A stretch of DNA of 54,785 nucleotides, counting the filler, from a bacterium (GTDB taxonomy: Bacteria > JALSQH01), in NCBI GenBank assembly GCA_026985515.1. It is 3 parts of 3 records of this genome, joined end to end, with 100 filler letters (N's around TTAATTAATTAA, not from the genome) between each part and the next. Parts side by side here need not be neighbours in the genome. Positions count along the whole stretch, not along the records: positions 1 to 15,456 come from JALSQH010000262.1; 2 more parts are not named here. One strand, 5' to 3'. Both the position numbers and the translations under genes were made by a program. Below are positions 1 through 9,277 of the stretch, piece after piece (position 1 is the stretch's first letter; every line of letters begins with the position of its first letter). The notes beneath the pieces were generated by a model. That model made no database searches, was not told the origin of the DNA, and saw nothing but the letters and a program-made list of their open reading frames with translations.

Positions 1-1287
<1,287 letters not shown>

Positions 1288-1297
1288 GGAGGTGAAG

Positions 1298-2272
1298 ATG
1301 GAAGAATTTAACGAGGGTTATGTGAAGAGTCCAGTTGATGGAACAAGAATCTGGTACAGATTCTATCCTGAAGGGGAAAAACCTGTGATAATCTTCTCCA
1401 ACGGAATAGCGTGCGATACCTCCTACTGGAGGTATCTTGTCAGAGATTTTATGGGGAAACATCCCATGCTGATATGGGATTACAGGGGGCATGGTAACTC
1501 CGATTTACCTTCCGACTTCACAAAATCCTCAATGGATATTCTTGTGGAGGATCTTCATGCGATTGTAAAACACCTTGAACTTAATAATTACATCCTTGTT
1601 GGCCACAGCATGGGAGTTCAGTTTAACTATGAGTACTACAAACATTATCCAGAAGATGTAGTGGGCCTGGTTCCTATTCTGGGAACATACGGCTATCCCT
1701 TTAAAACTTTCTTCGATATGGACATAATGGAGAAGATCTACCCCACCCTGCTCTACCCCTTTCTGAAAAAATTTGGAAACCTGCTGATTTCAACAATAGC
1801 ACCGATTGCTTCAACATCCATTCCTTTTTACATTGGTCTGGCACTGAAAAGTATCAATCCATGCCTCTCTTCAAAGGAGAAAATGAGACCCTACTTTGAA
1901 CATCTTGCAAAACTCAATATGGAATTTGCAGCTGAAATGTTTTTACATATGAGCAGACACACAGCTGAGGATGTACTTCCTGAAATAAAAGTTCCGGTGC
2001 TTATAATTGCTGGAGAAAATGATACATTTACACCTCTCTGGCTTTCTCAGAAAATGAAAGATATGATTCCCACAGCTGAAATGATAATCCTTGAAAAGGG
2101 AAGTCACGCTGCACTGGTTGAATACCCTGACCTCATTCACTGCAAGATAAAGGAGTTTATTCAGGAAAGAGTGATTCCATACATACAGCAGCAGCACAAG
2201 ATTTTGAAAATGCCTCAGCAGAAGAACAACATAAGAACCAGAAAAACCCGCAGGGGAAGGGAGGAAAAATGA
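1298..2272 (+). CDS. Alpha/beta-fold hydrolase
   Basis: WDYRGHGNS, nucleophile elbow GHSMG, Asp in GENDTFTP, His in GSHAA. ATG 1298 follows AAGGAGG (the ORF track starts at GTG 1292). Confidence 0.9.
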   Translation: MEEFNEGYVKSPVDGTRIWYRFYPEGEKPVIIFSNGIACDTSYWRYLVRDFMGKHPMLIWDYRGHGNSDLPSDFTKSSMDILVEDLHAIVKHLELNNYILVGHSMGVQFNYEYYKHYPEDVVGLVPILGTYGYPFKTFFDMDIMEKIYPTLLYPFLKKFGNLLISTIAPIASTSIPFYIGLALKSINPCLSSKEKMRPYFEHLAKLNMEFAAEMFLHMSRHTAEDVLPEIKVPVLIIAGENDTFTPLWLSQKMKDMIPTAEMIILEKGSHAALVEYPDLIHCKIKEFIQERVIPYIQQQHKILKMPQQKNNIRTRKTRRGREEK

Positions 2273-2823
2273 ACCCGGGATGGATAATTTTAGGCTTAAT
2301 CATTCTCGCAATTCTATGGGTGGTGGTCACCTACAATTCACTTGTTGCACTGAGAAACAGGGTCAGGAACGCCTGGAAACAGATCTCTGTGCAGTTGAAA
2401 AGAAGATACGACCTTATTCCCAATCTTGTGGAAACAGTGAAAGATTACATGGAGTATGAAGAGGAAACACTTGAAAAAGTTATCAAGGCAAGGAACGCAG
2501 CAACATCTGCCACTACCCCGGGGGAACAGGCAAGGGCTGAAGGAGCAGTTACAGCCGCACTGAGACAGTTATTTGCAGTTGTTGAAAATTACCCCCAGCT
2601 GAAGGCAAATGAAAATGTGGCACAGTTGATGGAAGAGCTCACTTCAACTGAAAACAAAATAGCCTTTGCCAGACAGCTCTACAACGACCTTGTGATGAAG
2701 TACAACACACGGATTGAGCAATTTCCCTCAAACATAGTTGCAAACTGGTTCGGTTTCAAGCCCTTTGAATTTTTTGATATACCGGAAGAAGAAAAAGCTG
2801 TGCCGAAAGTAGATCTGAGATGA
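2269..2823 (+). CDS. lemA: LemA family protein
   Basis: N-terminal TM, YNSLV..RN, QLKRRYDLIPNLVETVK, ENYPQLKAN, TENKIAFARQLYN. Confidence 0.96.
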   Translation: MNPGWIILGLIILAILWVVVTYNSLVALRNRVRNAWKQISVQLKRRYDLIPNLVETVKDYMEYEEETLEKVIKARNAATSATTPGEQARAEGAVTAALRQLFAVVENYPQLKANENVAQLMEELTSTENKIAFARQLYNDLVMKYNTRIEQFPSNIVANWFGFKPFEFFDIPEEEKAVPKVDLR

Positions 2824-3893
2824 GTCTGGAAGACAGAATTCCCTGCCCCCACTGTGGCTTTCTGAACAAACCTGACGCCGAATATTGTGAACTCTGCCAG
2901 AAGCCTTTAAAAAAACAGGCTTCGAAGAGTAAGAGAATCAACTTTGCTGCAATCCCGGGGGCTCCTGTAAAACATGGAAGAATTGATTTTTACCAGGTAA
3001 TATCAAAAAATAAAAGAAACACATTTCTTTTAGTCACTCTTTTTGTTATTCTTTTTGCATCTGTTGGAGCTGCCATTGGATATCTCAATGGTAGTTACGA
3101 AACGGGCATTATTATTTCAACTGTAATTGCAATTGTATGGGTCACTGTTTCTCTATTATTTGGTGACAAAATATCTCTTAAGTTTATGAATGCACACAAA
3201 ATATCTCACGATGATGAACCACGACTTTTCAATGTAGTGGAGGAGATGTCAATTGCAGCTGGCATACCCATGCCTGAGATCTATGTCATTGAATCCGATG
3301 GAATGAATGCCTTTTCTGTTGGTTTTAAACCGGAAAAATCTGCCATAGCAGTCACACGGGGATTGCTGAAGAACCTCACAAGGGAGGAACTTCAGGGAGT
3401 GATTGGTCACGAAATCTCCCACATAAGATTCTACGATACAAGATTGATGGTAACAATCTCGGTTCTGGCAGGAATCATTGTTATTTTCTCTGATGTGGCT
3501 CTGAGAAGTTATTTTGGCTTTGGAAGAAGAAGGTACTACCGTAGAAGCAGAGAAAGAACAGGGGAGGGAAACATTTTAATCCTGGTTCTCATGATAATAT
3601 TCATTGCAGTTTCACCAGTTATCGCCACCATCCTTCAGATGGCTATTTCGAGGAAGAGAGAGTACCTTGCAGATGCAGGTTCAGTGGAACTCACAAGAAA
3701 TCCAGCAGGGCTGAGAAAGGCTCTGGAAAAGCTTAAAAACGGAAATGTCTATATTGACACTGCAAGCAGAGGCAACCAGCACCTGTTTATTGTTAACCCC
3801 CTTAAAGCAGACAGAGATATAAGGGACACACTTTTTGAAACTCATCCCCCAATTGATAAAAGAATTGAGATTCTGAGAGCCATGGAAGCCTGA
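2820..3893 (+). CDS. htpX: HtpX-like M48 zinc metalloprotease with N-terminal zinc ribbon
   Basis: HEISH (HExxH), NAF, AVTRGLL, SRKREYLAD, THPPI.KRI. N-terminal CPHCG-x8-CELC. Follows lemA, a common pairing. Confidence 0.9.
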   Translation: MSLEDRIPCPHCGFLNKPDAEYCELCQKPLKKQASKSKRINFAAIPGAPVKHGRIDFYQVISKNKRNTFLLVTLFVILFASVGAAIGYLNGSYETGIIISTVIAIVWVTVSLLFGDKISLKFMNAHKISHDDEPRLFNVVEEMSIAAGIPMPEIYVIESDGMNAFSVGFKPEKSAIAVTRGLLKNLTREELQGVIGHEISHIRFYDTRLMVTISVLAGIIVIFSDVALRSYFGFGRRRYYRRSRERTGEGNILILVLMIIFIAVSPVIATILQMAISRKREYLADAGSVELTRNPAGLRKALEKLKNGNVYIDTASRGNQHLFIVNPLKADRDIRDTLFETHPPIDKRIEILRAMEA

Positions 3894-3920
3894 ACTTTTC
3901 ATTTATAAATTTGTCATAAT
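3892..3920 (+). promoter_or_regulatory. Putative ECF (RpoE-type) autoregulatory promoter GAACTT-N16-TCATA
   Basis: GAACTT at 3892-3897 and TCATA at 3914-3918, just upstream of the ECF sigma GTG start at 3926. Also overlaps an extended -10-like TGtCATAAT. Confidence 0.6.
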
Positions 3921-3925
3921 TTAAC

Positions 3926-4558
3926 GTGAATGGGGAATTGATAGAATTGACAATTAACAGATTAAATGATCCAGATTTCGAGCTGGTCAATGCAGCCAAA
4001 AGGGGTGAAGAGGAAGCCTTTACAATGCTGGTGGAGAAATACTCTCATCAGGTTTTTTCTCTTAGCATGAGAATGTTAAACGATTATGGTGAGGCTGAAG
4101 ACCTGACGCAGGAAGTTTTTCTCAAGGTTTTTAAAAACATCAAAAGATTTAAAGGGAAATCAAAATTTTCCACCTGGCTATATCAGATAACACTTAACGC
4201 CGCTATAAACCGAATAAATTACCTTAAAAAGAGAAGACACTATGATTCTGATAGTGTTAACCAGACCTCTGCAAGAGGTAACGACGAAAATTATGGAGTT
4301 GATCTACCTGATCTTTCTCCATCGTCGGAAGATGAGGTGATAGGAAGAGAAACTTACACGAAGATCCTTGAAGAAATAAACTCTCTTCCAGAAGAATTCA
4401 GAGTGGTGATAGTATTGAGGGATCTCGAAGAGAAATCATATCAGGAAATTGCTGAAATTCTCAATATACCAGAGGGAACTGTCAAATCCCGGATTCACAG
4501 AGCAAGGGAAATATTAAAAAAGAAACTTGAACCATACCTGACAGGTGAAAAGAAATGA
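3926..4558 (+). CDS. ECF RNA polymerase sigma factor (RpoE/SigW-like)
   Basis: Region 2 AEDLTQEVFLK, FKGKSKFSTWLYQI; region 4 LPEEFR..SYQEIAEIL.IPEGTVKSRIHRAR. Confidence 0.95.
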   Translation: MNGELIELTINRLNDPDFELVNAAKRGEEEAFTMLVEKYSHQVFSLSMRMLNDYGEAEDLTQEVFLKVFKNIKRFKGKSKFSTWLYQITLNAAINRINYLKKRRHYDSDSVNQTSARGNDENYGVDLPDLSPSSEDEVIGRETYTKILEEINSLPEEFRVVIVLRDLEEKSYQEIAEILNIPEGTVKSRIHRAREILKKKLEPYLTGEKK

Positions 4559-5340
4559 GAAAGGAAGAACTCCTTGAAAAAGTTGATCTTTACCTCGAAG
4601 GAGAACTGAGCGAAAAGGAGATGACAGAATTTGAAAAATTGCTTAACTCATGTCCAGAGTGCAGAGAGGAGGTTGAAAAATACAGAAAACTGCTGATGAT
4701 CACAAGAGTTATTGCAAGGAAAAAGCCCCTCCCTCCCCCGGATCTCAAAACCAAAATTCTGAATCAGATCGAAGCAGAACTTTCATCAAATGGAAGATTC
4801 ATTTTTCTGAAATTAGCTGCACTTACCCTTTCCCTGGTAATTGTGGTCTTTGGCATTACATACATTCCTGCAATTCTGAATCAGGGCGGAGAAAGGAGAG
4901 TTACAACCACATTAACAGATGCTGGATCTTCTCATTCATCTGGTAAAAGAACTGTTCAGAATCCACTAACAGCTGAGAATGTAATGCAGGTTTCTCCTGA
5001 AATTCTGAAACTCGCAAATGATCAGTTCGTTTCTTACACATCTGAGGTTCAGAAAAGATTAAACCAGACATCTTCATACACCTATATTGTACCTATCACC
5101 TCCTCTGAATCGTGGAAAAAAGTTGCAAAATTTCTCAGACTCTACAGAAACGGCTACAGAGTTGCCGTTAAACCTATAATCAGAGACAGAAGAAGCAACT
5201 ACAGAGATGTAATAGCTACCCTTAACCGGGTGAAAGAGGAAAACCCCGGTGTAACCGTTGAAGATGTATCATTCAATCCTTCATACTCCGCCGGGAATTA
5301 CAACGCAGGAGTGATACTTCAAATCAGCGTTCAGAGATAA
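4555..5340 (+). CDS. Transmembrane anti-sigma factor (zf-HC2/ZAS-like, degenerate)
   Basis: Overlaps the sigma stop. YLEGELS..E...FE.LL.SCPEC, one TM helix, extracytoplasmic C-terminus. Confidence 0.85.
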   Translation: MRKEELLEKVDLYLEGELSEKEMTEFEKLLNSCPECREEVEKYRKLLMITRVIARKKPLPPPDLKTKILNQIEAELSSNGRFIFLKLAALTLSLVIVVFGITYIPAILNQGGERRVTTTLTDAGSSHSSGKRTVQNPLTAENVMQVSPEILKLANDQFVSYTSEVQKRLNQTSSYTYIVPITSSESWKKVAKFLRLYRNGYRVAVKPIIRDRRSNYRDVIATLNRVKEENPGVTVEDVSFNPSYSAGNYNAGVILQISVQR

Positions 5341-6052
5341 GTCTTTTTAATTCCCTGACATATCTCAACTCTTCTCTGCTGAACTTTCTCAGTTCGCCTT
5401 TTCTCATATCATCAAGGTAAATTTCTCCAAAAGAAATCCTTATTAACCTTAAAATCCTGTATCCAAGGACTCCAAAAACTTTTCTTATCTCATGATATTT
5501 TCCTTCATGGAGAGATAACTCATACCAGCTGGTATTTTTCAGAATTCTCACAGGGGCTATTGCATCAAATCTTCCCGTTACACCTCCTCCTATTTTAACC
5601 CCTGTTACCATCTTATCAAGATCCTCTTCACTTACTACACCCCTTATTTTAACTTTGTATCTCCGGGGTATTTCAAATTTAGGGTGTGATAGAACATATG
5701 AAAACTCACCATCATTTGTGAGAATAACAAGACCTTCCGTGTTAACATCCAGCCTCCCCACAGGGAAAACTCCCCTGGGGAGCTCAACCAGGTCAGATAA
5801 GGCAGGTATATCACCTCTCCGATTTATAACAGTTTCATAACCAGCAGGTTTAAATAGCTTCAAATAGATCTTTTTCTTCTGAGGCCTTATGATATTGCCT
5901 TCTATCTCCACAATATCTTTTTCTTCGTTCACATCATACCAGGGTTCCGTAACTACTCTGCCGTTAACTTTAACTCTTCCATTAAAAATCAGATCATCTG
6001 CTTTTCTTCTTGAAGCATACCCTGAGGCTGCTATAAACTTATTCAATCTCAT
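5324..6052 (-). CDS. rluB: 23S rRNA pseudouridine synthase (RluB/RsuA family)
   Basis: S4 domain RLNKFIAASGYASRR, catalytic VGRLD.NTEGL..LTNDG, EGKYHEIR. Lies downstream of scpB. Confidence 0.92.
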   Translation of the reverse strand: MRLNKFIAASGYASRRKADDLIFNGRVKVNGRVVTEPWYDVNEEKDIVEIEGNIIRPQKKKIYLKLFKPAGYETVINRRGDIPALSDLVELPRGVFPVGRLDVNTEGLVILTNDGEFSYVLSHPKFEIPRRYKVKIRGVVSEEDLDKMVTGVKIGGGVTGRFDAIAPVRILKNTSWYELSLHEGKYHEIRKVFGVLGYRILRLIRISFGEIYLDDMRKGELRKFSREELRYVRELKRLISER

Positions 6053-6599
6053 CTATGGATAACTCCTGCTGAACCGGTCTGTCTGCCAGTGCAAGTTCTT
6101 TCAATTCTTCAAATGAAGGAAGGTCCTTTACAGATTTTAAATTGAACATCTTCAAAAAATTGTCTGTAACCGCAAAGAGTTGTGCACCACCAGAGCCGGG
6201 TTTCTTACCAACTATTTTGAGAAGATTTCTCTCTACTAATTGTTTTACAACTGCATCGGAATTCTGTCCCCTCAACTCATTTATCTCAGCCCTGGTTACC
6301 GGCTGTTTCAGAGCCACTATTGCAAGCACTTCCAGTGCTGCTCTACTCAGTTTAATTTTCTTAATATCCCGAATTTTTCTTATCCATGGTGAAAATTCTT
6401 CAGCAGTTACAAAGTGGTAGCCATTTTCAACCTTAATAATCCTTATTCCCCTCTTTCGGTACTCCCCCTCAAGTTTACGCAGTGTATTTTCCACCAGCTC
6501 TGCACTTTCTTCCACGATTCTGCTTATCTCTGATACACTGAGAGGTTTAGGAGAAGCGAAAAGCAAGGCCTCAATCAATTCTTTTAAATTTTCTTTCAC
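6039..6599 (-). CDS. scpB: SMC-Scp complex subunit ScpB
   Basis: IEALLFAS.KPLS, LSRAALEVLAIVA.KQPVTRAEI..LRG, FL..F.L.S..DLP. Confidence 0.96.
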   Translation of the reverse strand: MKENLKELIEALLFASPKPLSVSEISRIVEESAELVENTLRKLEGEYRKRGIRIIKVENGYHFVTAEEFSPWIRKIRDIKKIKLSRAALEVLAIVALKQPVTRAEINELRGQNSDAVVKQLVERNLLKIVGKKPGSGGAQLFAVTDNFLKMFNLKSVKDLPSFEELKELALADRPVQQELSIDEIE

Positions 6600-7378
6600 A
6601 GTGAAATCTCCCCTATTCCTTTACACTCATTAATCTTGGGGGTGGGAAGAATCAGGATTTCTCCATCAATACTTTCCTGAATAACTCTTATAGCCCCTCT
6701 TTTTATCAATTCAAGAAGAGCAAGAAAAATTTCAATTATGTCCCTCAAGGCTGGAGAGTCAGGCAGTAACCGTGAAAAAAATTCTGAGTTTTTCTCCCTG
6801 AGAATTTTAATAAGCTCAAGAATTCTCTTTTTAATATCAATGGCATCATCCTCAATAACTTCGCCAGGATTTGATACTGATTCCACTCTTTCCACTATTC
6901 TTTTGACAGCAAGGAAAAGATCATTAAGATTGTGGGTGTAATTTTCATCAACCCCAAGTTGAGCTTTCCATGAGGGAAAATGGTCCCAGAAAAGTTTATT
7001 TTTTCTTTCAAAAAAATTCACAAGAACTTCTAAATTTTCCCTGAACTTCTGTTCTTCTTCATTCCTTTCCTTTCTCGACTTTATCTCCTCCTTTAGCTCC
7101 TCCTGAAAAGCAATGATTTCATCATTTTTCATTTTCCATCTGGGCAGTAACATTTTTGCCTTTAGCTTTATCAACTTTGCAGCAAAAAGCATGTAAATGC
7201 TTTCAACTGCAAGATTTTCCCCCTGCAACATTCGGACATAATCCAAATACTGATCAATTATTTTGACGAGGGGAAGATTGTCTATATCATACTTGTTTTT
7301 CTCAACTATTTCAACTAAAACATCAAGTGGTCCCTCAAATTCGTCGAGTATAACTCTAAACTTTGCTCCCTCATTCAT
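6596..7378 (-). CDS. scpA: Segregation/condensation protein ScpA (kleisin)
   Basis: FEGPLDVL, IIDQYL, KAKMLLP, FLALLELIK. Lies between trpS and scpB. Confidence 0.93.
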   Translation of the reverse strand: MNEGAKFRVILDEFEGPLDVLVEIVEKNKYDIDNLPLVKIIDQYLDYVRMLQGENLAVESIYMLFAAKLIKLKAKMLLPRWKMKNDEIIAFQEELKEEIKSRKERNEEEQKFRENLEVLVNFFERKNKLFWDHFPSWKAQLGVDENYTHNLNDLFLAVKRIVERVESVSNPGEVIEDDAIDIKKRILELIKILREKNSEFFSRLLPDSPALRDIIEIFLALLELIKRGAIRVIQESIDGEILILPTPKINECKGIGEISL

Positions 7379-8361
7379 AGATCAAGCAGAGAAACTGCCT
7401 CCCTGACCTCTTCCATAGTTTTTGATGCAACTTTCCTTGCTTTTGAAGTACCTGTCCGTATTATATCAATGAGATCATCTTTTCTTTTCAAATAATCTTC
7501 CCTTTTTTCTCGTATGGGTGCAAGGACACTTTCAATTTTTTCAAATAACTTTCGCTTGCATTCAACACATCCAATAGTACCTGCCCTGCAGTTCTTTTCT
7601 ATCTCTTCTACCTCCTCTTTAGAAGAAAATAGAGAGTGGTAGTGAAAGACATTGCAAACCTCGGGATGTCCAGGGTCATGTCTCCTCACTCTGGCAGGAT
7701 CTGTTACTGCATTCATTATCTTTTCCTTAACAACCTCAGGTGGATCTGAAAGGTATATGGCGTTGTTATAAGATTTACTCATTTTCCTTCCATCAAGCCC
7801 CCTGACCCTTGCCGCTCTGTTTATCAATTCCTGTGGTTCAACAAAAATTTCCTTTTTAAAAATATAATGAAAGCGCCTTACAATTTCCCTTGTAAGCTCA
7901 ATATGAGGGACCTGATCCTCTCCAACTGGCACATATCTGGCTTTGTAAATAATAATATCCGCTGCCTGTAAAACTGGATAACCAAGAAAGCCATAGGTGT
8001 TAAGATCTTTTTTGAGCTGAGCTTTGAGCTCCTTATATGAGGGAACCCTCTCGAGCCAGGAGATAGGGGTTATCATTGAAAGTATGAGGTGCAGTTCAGC
8101 ATGCTCTTTAACCTGAGACTGAACGAAGAGTGTACTTTTTTCGGGATCCAGACCCGATGCCAGCCACTCAGCGATTATTTCAAGGGTGTTTTCCTTTATT
8201 GCAGTGACATTGTCATACTCTGTCGTGATTGCATGCCAGTCAGCAATAAAATAGAAACATCTGTACTTTTCCTGAAGTTCCACCCAGTTTTCCAGAACCC
8301 CTTTTAAATGACCTATGTGAAGATTACCAGTGGGTCTCATTCCACTTAAAACAATGTCCAT
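7375..8361 (-). CDS. trpS: Tryptophan--tRNA ligase
   Basis: SGMRPTGNLHIGH (HIGH), YPVLQAADI, VPVGEDQ, KMSKS. ATG 8361 follows AGGAGG. Confidence 0.98.
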   Translation of the reverse strand: MDIVLSGMRPTGNLHIGHLKGVLENWVELQEKYRCFYFIADWHAITTEYDNVTAIKENTLEIIAEWLASGLDPEKSTLFVQSQVKEHAELHLILSMITPISWLERVPSYKELKAQLKKDLNTYGFLGYPVLQAADIIIYKARYVPVGEDQVPHIELTREIVRRFHYIFKKEIFVEPQELINRAARVRGLDGRKMSKSYNNAIYLSDPPEVVKEKIMNAVTDPARVRRHDPGHPEVCNVFHYHSLFSSKEEVEEIEKNCRAGTIGCVECKRKLFEKIESVLAPIREKREDYLKRKDDLIDIIRTGTSKARKVASKTMEEVREAVSLLDL

Positions 8362-8372
8362 CTTAACCTCCT

Positions 8373-9080
8373 TCACAACAGGATGGAAAGAGCAAGGGAA
8401 ACAATTGGATTCAAAATAGATGAGATAAGTCCGGGAACAAGAAAGAGAATTAAAAGAAGAATCATCATACCATACGGTTCAAGTCTTGCGTAAAATATTC
8501 CAACAGATGGTGGAGCAAGTCCCACTACTATTCTGCTCCCATCAAGTGGTGGAAATGGAATCAGGTTAAAAAAGGCAAGAAAAAGATTAATAATCACCCC
8601 GAAAAAGGCCATCTGGGTAAGAGGAAGAAGTATCCTGATAAGAACAGGAGCATCTGAAAAATTTATGTACCCGGGCATCCTCAGGTAGTAACCAAGTGAA
8701 GGTTCAATGAGAAAAAAAGCTCTTATTAGAAGTGCATAGACAACCGCCTGAATTATATTGGCAGCAGGACCAGCTGCGGCAACATATACCATATCTCTCT
8801 TGGGATTTCTGAGAGCCAGAAAATTTATCGGAACCGGTCTGGCCCATCCAAAAAAGATTCTTCCCACTGTCAGGAGTTCAAGTAGTGGTAATATAATTGT
8901 GCCCACAGGATCAATATGATGAAGCGGATTCAATGTGAGCCTGCCCTTTAATTTTGCAGTGTAATCCCCCAATTTGTAAGCCATCCATCCGTGTGCTATT
9001 TCGTGCAACACCACCGCAAATAATAGAGGAATACCATACAAAAAGAGTTTAACAATAAATGCGCCAATTCCGTGTCCCAT
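8373..9080 (-). CDS. Site-2 protease family (M50) membrane metalloprotease
   Basis: HEIAHG, GRLTLNPL.HID, GWARPVP, AAAGP..N, FNLIPFPPLDGSR. Confidence 0.95.
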   Translation of the reverse strand: MGHGIGAFIVKLFLYGIPLLFAVVLHEIAHGWMAYKLGDYTAKLKGRLTLNPLHHIDPVGTIILPLLELLTVGRIFFGWARPVPINFLALRNPKRDMVYVAAAGPAANIIQAVVYALLIRAFFLIEPSLGYYLRMPGYINFSDAPVLIRILLPLTQMAFFGVIINLFLAFFNLIPFPPLDGSRIVVGLAPPSVGIFYARLEPYGMMILLLILFLVPGLISSILNPIVSLALSILL

Positions 9081-9087
9081 AGATATT

Positions 9088-9115
9088 AGAATACCATTAT
9101 TTCAGATTCAGTCAA
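9088..9115 (-). promoter_or_regulatory. Sigma70-type promoter for the S2P-trpS-scpAB-rluB operon (likely leaderless)
   Basis: Minus strand TTGACT-N16-TATTCT with extended -10 TG. Seven nt separate the -10 from ATG 9080; no SD. Confidence 0.6.
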
Positions 9116-9184
9116 TGAGAGGAACCCCGTGACGATCGCCACGGGGCCAGGTGGGGCAAGAAGGCGGGAAATTTTAAGGCGGGC
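9116..9184 (-). ncRNA. Candidate sigma54-dependent small RNA (~70 nt, C-rich)
   Basis: Starts at the predicted +1 of the sigma54-like promoter at 9195-9210. Contains CCCGCCTT x2 and CCCCACCT, and ends in an 11-bp GC hairpin. No credible ORF. Confidence 0.45.
9123..9148 (-). terminator. GC-rich hairpin, probable intrinsic terminator
   Basis: GGCCCCGTGGC-GATC-GTCACGGGGTT. Three G-U pairs form only on the minus strand. Weak pyrimidine tail. Confidence 0.6.
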
Positions 9185-9194
9185 ACAAACTATA

Positions 9195-9210
9195 TACAAT
9201 ACTCATGCCA
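9195..9210 (-). promoter_or_regulatory. Sigma54 (-24/-12)-like promoter TGGCATGAGTATTGTA
   Basis: Correct TGGCAY-N5-TTG spacing. The -12 reads TTGTA instead of TTGCA. Confidence 0.55.
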
Positions 9211-9260
9211 TCGTTTTCTCATCCTGTAATGAAATTTTCTGAAAAAATTTCAGCAAAAAG

Positions 9261-9275
9261 TGACAAAAAATGTCA
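9261..9275. promoter_or_regulatory. Palindrome TGACA-N5-TGTCA, candidate enhancer-binding-protein site
   Basis: Perfect 5-bp inverted repeat centred ~84 bp upstream of the predicted sigma54 +1. Confidence 0.45.
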
Positions 9276-9277
9276 AA

